Assembly (NCBI GenBank): GCA_017462615.1
Contig: JAFTQT010000046.1
Span: 26,892-90,891 of the forward strand
Source of the DNA: Clostridia bacterium
GTDB lineage: Bacteria; Bacillota; Clostridia; Oscillospirales; CAG-272
Direction of reading: 5' to 3'
Length of the DNA stretch: 64,000 nt
Shown: positions 17,035-26,663 of the stretch, piece by piece
Layout of the letters: each line of letters begins with the position of its first letter
Position numbering within the stretch: the stretch's first letter is position 1
The notes under the pieces: model-generated
The model's input: only the letters and a program-made list of their open reading frames with translations
What the model was told of the DNA's origin: nothing
The model's database searches: none
Program-made: the position numbers and the translations under genes

Positions 17035-17098
17035 ATAAATTATTATATTTTAATTATAAATTATTTTATTGTATTTGTCAAGCGCGCGTGATAGAATG
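17035..17098 (+). promoter_or_regulatory. Direct-repeat operator plus promoter candidate for the FAD oxidoreductase gene
   Basis: TATAAATTATT occurs at 17035-17045 and 17056-17066, 21 bp apart. Then TTGTAT (17070-17075), 17 nt, TAGAAT (17093-17098). Confidence 0.45.
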
Positions 17099-17126
17099 GA
17101 GGCAACAACACAAAAGGAGTATGTCT

Positions 17127-18932
17127 ATGAATCCCAATCTGCCTCACGAAACGCTTACCTGCGACCTTTGTATCATCGGCGGCGGCCTTTCCGGCTCCTT
17201 CGCCGCTCTTGCCGCCGCAAGACACGGCGCCAAGGTCATTTTGATGCAGGATCGCCCCATGCTGGGTGGTAACGCCTCCTCCGAGATCCGAATGTGGGTG
17301 CGCGGCGCCAAAAATCCCTTCGACCGCGAAACTGGCTACATCTCCGAGCTGGAGCAGCGCAATATTTACGGCAACCCCACGCTGGTGCCCTCCCTTTTTG
17401 ACGCCACGCTTTACGGCATGCTCCGCGAAAACGAAAACATCAGGCTTCTGCTGAACACTTCTTGCACCGACGCCAAAGCAGAAAACGGCAAAATCATCAG
17501 CGTTACCGGCTGGCAGGGCACCACCTACACCTGGTTTACGGTGGAGGCAAGGCTCTTTGCCGACTGCTCCGGAGACAGTATTCTGGCGCCCCTTGTAGGT
17601 GCGGAATACCGAAAGGGGCGCGAATCCAAAGAGGAGTTTGGCGAAACCCTCGCCCAGCCCGAGGCCGACACCCACACCATGGGCATGTCCGTGCTGCTGG
17701 CCGCCAGGGAAACCGACCATCCCGTCAAATTCATCCCGCCCGCCTTCGCCAACGTGTATCCAACGGACGAGTCCTTCTCCGGCGACGTGGGCGCCAGCAT
17801 TCATGCCCAGGTGCGAGATCACAAGATCGGAACCAGCGGCGGCAACCTCTGGTGGGTGGAGCTTGGCGGCGAATGCGACACCATCTTTGATGCGGATCGC
17901 ATGCGAGACGAGCTGTTGGCGGCCATTTACGGCGTTTGGGATCACATCAAAAACCGGGATGACCACGGCTTTGAAAATTGGGAGCTGGAGTGGGTCGGAT
18001 TTTTGCCCGGCAAACGGGAATCCCGCCGCTACGTGGGTGACGTGCTGATGAACGAGCACGACGTGCTTTCCGGCGGGCATTTTGAGGACGAGATCGCCTT
18101 TGGTGGCTGGCCGCTGGATGACCACAACCCTTACGGCATGCGAAAAAACGAGGGCAGCAACATCGCCTCAATGATGATTCCCGTGAATGAGATCTATGGT
18201 ATCCCCTACCGCGCGCTCTACTCCAAAAACGTGAAAAATCTGATGTTTGCCGGCAGAAATATCAGCGTCACCCATGTGGCGCTTTCCTCCACCCGCGTGA
18301 TGGGTACCTGTTCCCTCATCGGGCAGGCTATGGGCACCGGAGCGGCACTGGCACTCCGCTACGGCTGTACCCCCCGCGAGGTCTATCCGACACACATCGA
18401 CGAGCTGCAGCAAATGCTGCTTTGCGACGGCATATTTCTGCCCCACGTACCGCGCAGAGTCAGCAACCTCACGACCTGTGCCACGGTCAATCTGAGCGCC
18501 GAGGAGCGCGCCGTGCTTTTCAACGGCATTGAGCGCCCCCGTACCTATTTCGGCGAAAACGCTATTGTCAAAGCACCCGGTGAAAGTCTGATATTTGATT
18601 TCGGTGAGGAAAAGGAGCTTCACACGCTCCGGTTGCATTTTGACCCTGACTACGAGCGTCTTTCTATCTCCGACAACAAAAAAATGCGCGTATTTGCCAT
18701 GAAGCTGCATACCGGTAAGGATTTCCGTCCCGTGCGCGTGGCTGCTACCATTCTCAAGCGCTTTGCGGTACTGGCTGACGATAAGGAAATCTATCGCGCC
18801 GAAAATAACTACCTGTCTCTGGTAAAGATCCCCCTTCACCTCACGGCAAGCAAAATTGAAATCAAGCTGCTGGAAACCAACGGTGCCGACACCGTCCGCA
18901 TCTACGGCGCAGATTTTATCGAAGAATACTGA
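17127..18932 (+). CDS. FAD-dependent oxidoreductase
   Basis: Dinucleotide-binding start CDLCIIGGGLSGSFAALAAARHGAKVILMQDRPMLGGNASSE. I chose ATG 17127, 7 nt after AAGGAG; the track ORF (16848) runs through the promoter region and into the AraC gene. Confidence 0.8.
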   Translation: MNPNLPHETLTCDLCIIGGGLSGSFAALAAARHGAKVILMQDRPMLGGNASSEIRMWVRGAKNPFDRETGYISELEQRNIYGNPTLVPSLFDATLYGMLRENENIRLLLNTSCTDAKAENGKIISVTGWQGTTYTWFTVEARLFADCSGDSILAPLVGAEYRKGRESKEEFGETLAQPEADTHTMGMSVLLAARETDHPVKFIPPAFANVYPTDESFSGDVGASIHAQVRDHKIGTSGGNLWWVELGGECDTIFDADRMRDELLAAIYGVWDHIKNRDDHGFENWELEWVGFLPGKRESRRYVGDVLMNEHDVLSGGHFEDEIAFGGWPLDDHNPYGMRKNEGSNIASMMIPVNEIYGIPYRALYSKNVKNLMFAGRNISVTHVALSSTRVMGTCSLIGQAMGTGAALALRYGCTPREVYPTHIDELQQMLLCDGIFLPHVPRRVSNLTTCATVNLSAEERAVLFNGIERPRTYFGENAIVKAPGESLIFDFGEEKELHTLRLHFDPDYERLSISDNKKMRVFAMKLHTGKDFRPVRVAATILKRFAVLADDKEIYRAENNYLSLVKIPLHLTASKIEIKLLETNGADTVRIYGADFIEEY

Positions 18933-18938
18933 AAAAAG

Positions 18939-18976
18939 CTCCCGCACGATTCTTCGTGCGGGAGTTTTTGTATTTT
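18939..18976 (+). terminator. Rho-independent terminator
   Basis: CTCCCGCACG-attctt-CGTGCGGGAG followed by TTTTTGTATTTTT. Confidence 0.85.
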
Positions 18977-18999
18977 TCAATGTTTTTTATAGACGATCA

Positions 19000-19028
19000 T
19001 TGATTTTTATCTCGGCTTATGTTATAAT
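19000..19028 (+). promoter_or_regulatory. Sigma-A-type promoter candidate
   Basis: TTGATT (19000-19005), 17 nt, TATAAT (19023-19028), preceded by TGt (extended -10). Confidence 0.5.
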
Positions 19029-19097
19029 AATTAAGTATCGCTCTCAAAAGTATAAATCGGCACTTATCTCCATAGATTTTCCTATGGAGGTGATGCT

Positions 19098-19625
19098 GTG
19101 CATTCCGGAACAACAGTCCTGTTGCGGCAGGATCTTTACGTACGCTTGTTTTTTCGCTTTTTGGTGTGCTATCTTCTGACCTTGACGATCGGCTATGTCT
19201 GCGCTGCCAAGGGACTTGGCTTTCTGTGGCGCGATCACATCGCACGCTCCGTGCCGCTCTTCGTCGTGCTGGCATTGATTGGCGGCTTTTCCAGCATTTC
19301 CAATATTTATCTGTTGCTGCTCACTGCCGTTAAGGCTTTGTGGGAGGCACAGATCGTATATCGTGCCGTTTTACTTATTCAAGCCGGAAGCATGATGCTT
19401 CTCACCGCCAACGCGTGCCTGCTTTCACTTTGCTTTTCCCTGCTCGTCTTTACGGCAGCTGCAGCGCTCGCTTGCCGTTTTGCCTTTGAAAACCGCCTGC
19501 GCGATCTGCGATTACTTTGCTCCCGCTCGGGCGCACGATATCTCTTACAATCGCTATGCCTTTTTTCCCTTGCCCTATTATCATATCTGCTTTGGTCGCA
19601 CCTATTAAGCCTCTCCCCTCTGTAG
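19098..19625 (+). CDS. Hypothetical polytopic membrane protein
   Basis: GTG start 7 nt after GGAGG. About 5 hydrophobic segments. No family recognised. Confidence 0.6.
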   Translation: MHSGTTVLLRQDLYVRLFFRFLVCYLLTLTIGYVCAAKGLGFLWRDHIARSVPLFVVLALIGGFSSISNIYLLLLTAVKALWEAQIVYRAVLLIQAGSMMLLTANACLLSLCFSLLVFTAAAALACRFAFENRLRDLRLLCSRSGARYLLQSLCLFSLALLSYLLWSHLLSLSPL

Positions 19626-19637
19626 AAAGGAATCATT

Positions 19638-20594
19638 ATGAAAAACGAAGGAAAAAGAAAATTTTTATTTTCCCAAAAGGATCGTCCTGATCTTCTGCCG
19701 GAGGATACGACGCCTAATCTCGCCTATTTCTTTAAGCTTCTGGGCCGAAAAGCCGGTAAGCTTCTGTCCCTCAATCTGATGATGGTATTTCAGATCCTGC
19801 CTATCGTTATTGCCGTTTTTGTGTATATGATGGGCGAAAAGATCCCCACGGTGGAAAGTCCGATGTACGCTTCTCTGCTTGGCGCCTACACGGCGGGTGA
19901 CTCTCCCATTGCGGGTACGCTGCTCGGTCTGTTTGGCAGACAATTAGAGATCCCCGTACTGACCACCGGCCGTCTTATCACCATTCTTTGCCTTTTGGGT
20001 GTAACCATGCTCACCTGGGGCTGGCAAAACGTAGGCGCCGTATATAATTTGCGCAGCATGGTACGTGGCGACTCCTGCTTCCTGTGGTCTGACTTCTTCT
20101 ACGCCATTCGTCGAAATCTGAAGCAAGGATTTCTCTTTGGTCTCATTGATTTTGTCGCCATTGCGCTGCTTGGCTTCAATATTTATTTTTACTTTACGCT
20201 TTCTGCGGAATTTTCCTACGGCGTCATGTACGCCGTCTCTATCGCAATTGCTGTTTTTTACATCTGCATGCGCGCTTATATCTATCCAATGATGATCACC
20301 TTTGATCTCTCCATCTATAAGCTTCTCAAAAACGGTCTGATCTTTTCCCTGCTTGGTATCAAGCGCAACATCATGATGCTGCTGGGGATGCTTGTGGTGG
20401 TCGCCCTTACTCTGGCATTGGTCTTTGGCGGTCTTTCCTCCGGCCTTTCCTTCACGTTGATTCTTCCCTTCTTCTACTTCCTGCCGCTGGTAGGCTTCAT
20501 CGCCACTTATGCCGCTTACCCCAATATCAAGCGATACATGATCGACCCCTATGAGCAACCGGAAGCCGAGGAGTCGGAACCCGAGGAGACCTAA
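19638..20594 (+). CDS. Polytopic membrane protein (N-terminal region reminiscent of DUF624/YesL)
   Basis: LLGRKAGKLLSLNLMMVFQILPIVIAVFVY resembles the DUF624 start. Acidic C-terminal tail. The family call is tentative. Confidence 0.6.
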   Translation: MKNEGKRKFLFSQKDRPDLLPEDTTPNLAYFFKLLGRKAGKLLSLNLMMVFQILPIVIAVFVYMMGEKIPTVESPMYASLLGAYTAGDSPIAGTLLGLFGRQLEIPVLTTGRLITILCLLGVTMLTWGWQNVGAVYNLRSMVRGDSCFLWSDFFYAIRRNLKQGFLFGLIDFVAIALLGFNIYFYFTLSAEFSYGVMYAVSIAIAVFYICMRAYIYPMMITFDLSIYKLLKNGLIFSLLGIKRNIMMLLGMLVVVALTLALVFGGLSSGLSFTLILPFFYFLPLVGFIATYAAYPNIKRYMIDPYEQPEAEESEPEET

Positions 20595-21277
20595 TCCTCC
20601 AGAAGTCTGCTTACCGTAACAAATTCATAGCCCGATTCCTGAAGCATCGGTATGATCTGCCGTAGCGCTTCCGGGGTCGGGCTATTTTTTCCAATGAAAT
20701 CGTGCATTAGAATAATAGAGCCGTTACCGGTATTGGCACGCACGTTCCGAACGATCTCCCAAACGGTTGGATGCGCCCAATCCCGCGTGTCAACGCTCCA
20801 TAGCACGATAGTATATCCCATCGCACTGCAAATATTTTTAACGTCGGCGCTGCAAACGCCCTCCGGAGGCCGAAAAAAACGCGGTGCCTCGCCCGTGATC
20901 CTCTGCAAGCATTCATCACAAGCCCGCACGTCCTTTTCTAAGGCCTCGCCGCTCATGGCGGGCGTGTGATAGTGGTTGTAGGTGTGGTTGCCGATCTCGT
21001 GCCCCTCGGCAAGAATACGGTGAATCAGCTTCGGATACGTTTCCGCATTGGTTCCAACCACAAAAAAGGTGGCCTCAACACCAAATTCTGCCAATATATC
21101 TAATATTTGTGGCGTGTAGCGTGGATGCGGCCCATCGTCAAAGGTAAGCGCCACACGCATACCGCCATTTGCAGATGCATGCTTATAAACAATTTTAGGC
21201 AAAGCTCCCGCTGGCAACACCGTAACCATCAGTAAACCAAGCGCTAAAGTAAAGCATAGCCATCTATACCATTTCAT
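20591..21277 (-). CDS. Polysaccharide deacetylase (NodB domain), secreted
   Basis: ALTFDDGPHP, FFVVG and GHEIGNHTYNH motifs with signal peptide MKWYRWLCFTLALGLLMV. ATG 21277 forms an ATGA overlap with the upstream stop; the alternative ATG is 21289. Confidence 0.82.
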   Translation of the reverse strand: MKWYRWLCFTLALGLLMVTVLPAGALPKIVYKHASANGGMRVALTFDDGPHPRYTPQILDILAEFGVEATFFVVGTNAETYPKLIHRILAEGHEIGNHTYNHYHTPAMSGEALEKDVRACDECLQRITGEAPRFFRPPEGVCSADVKNICSAMGYTIVLWSVDTRDWAHPTVWEIVRNVRANTGNGSIILMHDFIGKNSPTPEALRQIIPMLQESGYEFVTVSRLLED

Positions 21278-22053
21278 CTCACGCCGCATAATTCGTCCAA
21301 GGTACCGAACCGATACCCATCCGCTTTCAGCCGGTGAATGACTTCTCCGAGAATGGCCGCATTGGTGGCCGAGGTGGGATGAAGCAAAAGCACTGCACCG
21401 TTGTGGACGTTGGCAAGGATTCGCTCCAGGGCGGCATCCGGCGCCATCTGCCGGTCGTTATCCCAATCTGCATACGCAAAACTCCAAAATATTGTTTTAT
21501 AGCCAAGTGCTTGTACCGTCTGCAGCATATCACGCGAAAAGCTGCCCTCAGGTGGCCGAAAATACGGCGCACAACTCTTTCCCGTCACCTCAAAAACTGC
21601 GGCCTCCAGAGCCTTGATTTCGGCCTCTATAATATCTGTCTTGACATTAGCAAGGTTGGGATGATTGGCCGTATGGTTACAGATCAAGTGCCCCTCCTCC
21701 TGCATTCGTTGAATCAGATCTTCGTTTGCCTCTACAAAATGCTTCAAAACAAAAAATGCGCCAGGCGTGCTTGTATCACGCAAAACGTTTAGAATTTTTT
21801 CCACGTTACCATTTTCATAACCCGCATCAAAGGTCAGATACACAACGCGATCTGCATTTTCGTCATTGTGAATGTGATCGATATAATATCCGCCAAGCTC
21901 TTCTACAAATCGAAGCTCCAGGGCCGCCAGCGCTTGCCGATGGTCCTTAGCCCGGGTAGTATACCAATTCATGGATTCAGCCGCCCACACAGATACTGTT
22001 GACAGACATAACAAGATGCTGAACAGGCTAATGAGTAGACCTCTTTTTTTCAT
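21274..22053 (-). CDS. Polysaccharide deacetylase, PdaA-like (delta-lactam-type)
   Basis: VYLTFDAGYENGN and GHLICNHTANHPN with a signal peptide. ATG 22053 lies 5 nt after GGAGGTG. Confidence 0.78.
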   Translation of the reverse strand: MKKRGLLISLFSILLCLSTVSVWAAESMNWYTTRAKDHRQALAALELRFVEELGGYYIDHIHNDENADRVVYLTFDAGYENGNVEKILNVLRDTSTPGAFFVLKHFVEANEDLIQRMQEEGHLICNHTANHPNLANVKTDIIEAEIKALEAAVFEVTGKSCAPYFRPPEGSFSRDMLQTVQALGYKTIFWSFAYADWDNDRQMAPDAALERILANVHNGAVLLLHPTSATNAAILGEVIHRLKADGYRFGTLDELCGVR

Positions 22054-22126
22054 AGAATCACCTCCTGCTTTGAATAGCATTGGATAAAACGACGCACTCT
22101 ACTCTGCAAAAAAATTGGATAGAAAG

Positions 22127-22159
22127 AAGCCGCTCACTTTCATTGGTAGCGAGCGGCTT
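22127..22159. terminator. Hairpin downstream of the 22169 gene
   Basis: AAGCCGCTC-N15-GAGCGGCTT. A T-run follows directly on the plus strand; on the minus strand the T-run is 12 nt further on. Confidence 0.45.
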
Positions 22160-22168
22160 TCTATATTT

Positions 22169-22840
22169 TTATTTTTTCATTACGTAGCGATTGAGATTAT
22201 TTTTGACGTAGTTGAAAATACGACCCTCAAAGCAACGCTTGTTGCGCTGGAAGAAGTTGACCACGTGAGCCTGCTCGTCGCTGCCGAAGCGGCGCTTCAG
22301 GCTGAAGATGTACTGTGCCATATCCTTATCTCCGGCAGACTCAACGATGCGACAAACGTAAGAAACAATGCCTTCGTTAGCGTCACCAAAGTAACGCAGA
22401 ATTTCGTCGGGAGAAAGAAGAGAAAGCTCATGCAGCATGCGGAAAACAATGGGGGCACGGAACGCTTCGTTCTTCTGCAGATTTTCGCGAAGCGCGGCAG
22501 GAATTCCCTCCCACAGGGAGATTGGAGAATGAACGTAATCCGCAAGATAACGAGAAAGATTGTCATTGACAAATTCAAAGGACAGATCTTTTTCGTTAAT
22601 GCTCTTTTTGCTTTCCCGATCATAAAGGAAATAATTGAAGTGAGTGGCGTCGTCGCGCAAGCTGCTCACCAGGATCCACGCGCTGATGATAAAGGCGGAA
22701 AGAGAAAGAGAAATCCAGAGCGCCAGCAGAACCATGTTGTCTTTTGCAAAAAAGATCAAAACCAGGAAAACGACAGCTACGAGAGCCACGATCATTGCCT
22801 GCACCTTCGGGTCGTGCAGTAAGCTTTTCTTGTTTTTCAT
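22169..22840 (-). CDS. Hypothetical protein, two N-terminal TM segments plus cytoplasmic domain
   Basis: Good SD (AGAGG, 6 nt, ATG). No family recognised. Confidence 0.65.
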   Translation of the reverse strand: MKNKKSLLHDPKVQAMIVALVAVVFLVLIFFAKDNMVLLALWISLSLSAFIISAWILVSSLRDDATHFNYFLYDRESKKSINEKDLSFEFVNDNLSRYLADYVHSPISLWEGIPAALRENLQKNEAFRAPIVFRMLHELSLLSPDEILRYFGDANEGIVSYVCRIVESAGDKDMAQYIFSLKRRFGSDEQAHVVNFFQRNKRCFEGRIFNYVKNNLNRYVMKK

Positions 22841-22858
22841 TTTTTACCTCTTATCATT

Positions 22859-25258
22859 TTATATTTTTTGTAGTTTTGCATAGGTAGCCATCAATTTTTT
22901 GGTACCCTTGGTATCAAAGGCGATCTCATAAAGATAATCCGTACCCATTTTTTGTACACTAAGCACCTCGCCCTCACCAAACAACATATGCTTTACACGA
23001 TCTCCGGCGGCGAGTATCTCGCGTGGCGCCGCAGGCTTGGCTTGTGCTTTGCCCACGGTAATGCGATCAGCAGCGGCGGTTTCTCGCGCGGTGCGGTATC
23101 CCCCATCCTTACTATAGCCGGCATATGTATTGGTCATCCGCTGCTTGATGGCAGGACGACTCAGCAAATGCTCAGGGATTTCATCCAAAAAACGGGATGC
23201 AGGGTTGGCTGCAGTACGACCGTAAATAGTACGCGAGGCGGTATGCAAGATATAAAGCTCGTCCTTGGCTCTCGTGATCGCCACATAGGCAAGTCGTCGT
23301 TCCTCCTCTATTTCCTCGGGGCCGGCTATTACCGTTTGCATGCCCGGGAAAAGCCCTTCCTCAAAGCCCGGCAGAAATACTTGTGGGAACTCCAATCCCT
23401 TGGCACTATGAATGGTCATCATCACAACGGCATCCGCCGTATCATCATAGCGATCTACATCTGCCACAAGTGCGGTTTCCTCCAAAAACTCCGTTAATGT
23501 GGGGGAATCCGTGCTCTTCATATATTCTACCACATTTGATATGAATTCGTCAAGGTTATCTAAGCGATCTGCCTCCTCCGGACCCAAATTTTTTATCATT
23601 TGGCGGTAACCGGAAAGGTCTAATACTTGATTCACGAACTTATCCAGCGGCGCTTCGTCAAGCAACAGCGTTAATTCGTTGATAAGGCCAGCAAATTCCA
23701 TCAAGGTTTTGGCGGAGCGGGAAAGCGCAAGATACTGATCCGCATGCTCCATCACCGCAAACACGCTACAGCTCTCCATCACGGCGATCTCCTGCAAAGC
23801 AGCCAGTGTTTTCTCGCCAAGACCGCGCCGCGGCTCGTTGATGATACGCAGCAGCCGATCCCGGTCGTCATGGTTATTGATCAGCTGCAAATATGCCACC
23901 AGATCGCGGATTTCCTTTCGATCAGAGAAGCGTACGCCTCCCAGCATACGGTAAGGCACCGCACTACGGGCAAAGGCCATTTCCAAGGCGTTGGACTGGG
24001 CGTTGGTGCGATACAGCACCGCAAAATCCCGATAGCGGAGCCCTTCGGTGGCAACCTTCTTTTGGATAATATCCAAAATTTCTCTCGCCTCGGCGTTTTG
24101 GTGCTCCGGATTCAACACATGTATCTTACTACCATTTCCCCGATTTGTCCACAGGGTCTTCCCCTTGCGTCCCTCGTTATGAGAAATCACTGCATTGGCA
24201 GCATCAAGAATGGATTGCGTGGAGCGATAGTTCTGCTCCAAGCGAATGACGGTTGCGTCGTCAAACACGCGGTCAAACTCCAAAATATTGGCAATCGTGG
24301 CACCGCGAAATTTGTAAATGCTCTGATCATCGTCTCCAACCACCATCAGATTGCGCCAACCGCCCGAAAGCAAGGCAGTCAAGCGAAATTGTGCAATGTT
24401 GGTATCCTGGTACTCATCCACGGAAACGTAGCGGAACTGGCTTTGATAGCTTTGTAAAATCTCCTGATGCGTTTCAAGCAAACGAACCGTCCGACAGATA
24501 ATATCGTCGAAATCCAAGGCGTTGGAATCGGAAAGGCGTTGCTGATATGCCTCATAGACCTTGGCGATCTGCTTCATTCGAAAATCGTTACCGAATTCGA
24601 GCAAAAAGCCATCAGGGTCGATCAGCTTGTCCTTTGCCCTGCTGATGTAGCTTTGTGCACTTTTGACGGGCAGCACCTTGTCGTCGATCCGCAGATCCTT
24701 CAAAACGGCCTGCATGGCTTTTTTGGTGTCATCGGTATCGTAAATGGTGAAGCCCTCGCGAAGCCCCGCCTCGGCATAATACCGACGCAAAATACGCATA
24801 CAAATGGAATGGAAGGTTCCGGCCCAAATGCCACCCACAAGATCGGGATCCTCCGGAAAGACGGCAGCCAGGCGCGCCTTGATCTCGCCTGCTGCTTTAT
24901 TCGTAAAAGTGATGGCAAGCAGTCGCCACGGCGGGCAAGGATTATTGGAAAACTCGCAAAGCAACGCGCCAAGCTCCTCATCGGTAATAGGAGCACTCAC
25001 AGCACTTTCCAGGGACGTCACGTGTGCTTCATCCATATCGAATGGCACGTAATCGCTGTGATAAGCGTTGCCGTAGCGGATCATATACGCAATCCGGCGC
25101 ACCAGAACGGTTGTTTTTCCGCTTCCGGCCCCCGCCAGAATCAGCAACGGACGGTTGATATGATACACCGCCGCACGCTGCTGCTCATTCAAAGAACGGT
25201 AATAGCGGTCAAACAAGGCACGCTTGGCCCGCAAATATCGTTCAGAAAGCTCAGACAT
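22859..25258 (-). CDS. pcrA: ATP-dependent DNA helicase PcrA/UvrD
   Basis: LNEQQRAAV, AGAGSGKTTVL, TFTNKAAGE, VDEYQDTN and TIHSAKGLEF are SF1 helicase motifs in order. Confidence 0.92.
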   Translation of the reverse strand: MSELSERYLRAKRALFDRYYRSLNEQQRAAVYHINRPLLILAGAGSGKTTVLVRRIAYMIRYGNAYHSDYVPFDMDEAHVTSLESAVSAPITDEELGALLCEFSNNPCPPWRLLAITFTNKAAGEIKARLAAVFPEDPDLVGGIWAGTFHSICMRILRRYYAEAGLREGFTIYDTDDTKKAMQAVLKDLRIDDKVLPVKSAQSYISRAKDKLIDPDGFLLEFGNDFRMKQIAKVYEAYQQRLSDSNALDFDDIICRTVRLLETHQEILQSYQSQFRYVSVDEYQDTNIAQFRLTALLSGGWRNLMVVGDDDQSIYKFRGATIANILEFDRVFDDATVIRLEQNYRSTQSILDAANAVISHNEGRKGKTLWTNRGNGSKIHVLNPEHQNAEAREILDIIQKKVATEGLRYRDFAVLYRTNAQSNALEMAFARSAVPYRMLGGVRFSDRKEIRDLVAYLQLINNHDDRDRLLRIINEPRRGLGEKTLAALQEIAVMESCSVFAVMEHADQYLALSRSAKTLMEFAGLINELTLLLDEAPLDKFVNQVLDLSGYRQMIKNLGPEEADRLDNLDEFISNVVEYMKSTDSPTLTEFLEETALVADVDRYDDTADAVVMMTIHSAKGLEFPQVFLPGFEEGLFPGMQTVIAGPEEIEEERRLAYVAITRAKDELYILHTASRTIYGRTAANPASRFLDEIPEHLLSRPAIKQRMTNTYAGYSKDGGYRTARETAAADRITVGKAQAKPAAPREILAAGDRVKHMLFGEGEVLSVQKMGTDYLYEIAFDTKGTKKLMATYAKLQKI

Positions 25259-25276
25259 AAAAACCTCTCTTTCGTA

Positions 25277-26662
25277 TTATTCGTAGTAATGCCTTGCCTC
25301 TATTTGAATAGAGATGGTTGAAAGCAAATAGCAGAAATAGGCAGCAAAAATAATAGCAAACAGAAAATCCGGCATCCAAAGAAATTCCAGAATGCGATAG
25401 ATGCGCTTTTCCGGCCAAACCTTAATATAATCGTAAAGGAAGGAAAAAAGCGCGCTGATAAAGCCAAGCATAAAGCACTTGATCAGCATACCGTCAAACT
25501 CCTCGCGCAAACGAGTAAGGCTGCGCGATTCAAAATTGCCGTCGGTATGCTCCGGCACGTAGCCGGCATAATGACGAATCGTGTAGCGCAGCAGCACCAG
25601 CAGCATCGCGAGAAATACGAGAAACGTCAGCATTTCGCCAAGGGCACTGAACCAAAGATTGAAATAGGCATAGGCAGCCTTCTCGCTTTTTTCAATCGCC
25701 GCAGGGGCAAAATCCATATAAAAGCGATAAGAAAACCGGAAAGAGATGGTAGCGATCACTCCAAAGCCGGCTGCTGCTGCCGCAACGGGTAAGCGATAAC
25801 TCCACGGTGCCTTTAGTAAAAGCACACCCATCAAAAGGAAAAGCGCCGCAATCGCATCCGGTATGATATTTTGGAAATCGAGATAAAAATCCAGCGTGAA
25901 TGCAGATCCAAGTCCAAGTAATATAAACGCAACCAAATGCCGCGCCCGGATGGTTACGCCGGGGTGGGCATCCATATAAGCAGCATAAGCCTCGGAAAGC
26001 TGCAGCCGGAACTCGCGCAGGCGCAGGAAACGCACAAAATACGCAATCACACGAACAAGATAGATCACGCCGGCAATAAACACGGGAATGGCAGCGAGCA
26101 AACGCATCACGCCAATATAGTCATAGAGCCATACCATGCCGGAATCCACGTATGCGCTGTTGAGAAGTGCTGCAAATTCGGGCAAGAGGCTGATCACCTC
26201 ACGCAGAACGAGGAATACGCGAATAAAACGCTTCAAGCGCTCGGTGGAGGAATAACGACCGCGCGTGACGGCGTAAAGCGGCTTGCAATCATACGTAAGG
26301 GCCAGATACTCAATGCCATCAAACAGAGAGTTTACCGCGGGTAGAAAGAAGAAAAGGCCGAGAGAGGCGCTGCAGAATGCGGCAATCAAAAGCATGGTGG
26401 GCTGTTCATTGGAGGCGCCCATACCAAAAATGACCAGCAGCATCAAATTCTTAACGGCATCCGCAAAGGTCAGCTTCAAAAAGGCTCTGCGGGCATCGGA
26501 CATGGGCTCGCTGATGCGCGCGTAGGGTAAAAGCCCGATCCAGATCAACAGGGCGCCGATAAAATCCGGCAAAAGATCAAGGGCAGCAAAGTAAGGATTG
26601 AAAAAGAAGCAGAAGCCTGCAAATATCAATCCAAGCCCCATGGGGCGAAATTTTTTTGACAT
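25277..26662 (-). CDS. Hypothetical polytopic membrane protein (about 10-12 TM)
   Basis: AAGGAG, 7 nt, ATG. N-terminus (P)MGLGLIFAGF resembles that of the upstream neighbour. No family recognised. Confidence 0.65.
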   Translation of the reverse strand: MSKKFRPMGLGLIFAGFCFFFNPYFAALDLLPDFIGALLIWIGLLPYARISEPMSDARRAFLKLTFADAVKNLMLLVIFGMGASNEQPTMLLIAAFCSASLGLFFFLPAVNSLFDGIEYLALTYDCKPLYAVTRGRYSSTERLKRFIRVFLVLREVISLLPEFAALLNSAYVDSGMVWLYDYIGVMRLLAAIPVFIAGVIYLVRVIAYFVRFLRLREFRLQLSEAYAAYMDAHPGVTIRARHLVAFILLGLGSAFTLDFYLDFQNIIPDAIAALFLLMGVLLLKAPWSYRLPVAAAAAGFGVIATISFRFSYRFYMDFAPAAIEKSEKAAYAYFNLWFSALGEMLTFLVFLAMLLVLLRYTIRHYAGYVPEHTDGNFESRSLTRLREEFDGMLIKCFMLGFISALFSFLYDYIKVWPEKRIYRILEFLWMPDFLFAIIFAAYFCYLLSTISIQIEARHYYE

Positions 26663-26663
26663 A

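Noticed and set aside
16848-17126. A 93-codon N-terminal extension of the FAD-oxidoreductase ORF, overlapping the AraC gene.
   Set aside because: The extension runs through the AT-rich promoter/operator region and antisense to araC. The Rossmann motif begins right after ATG 17127, which has a well-spaced AAGGAG.
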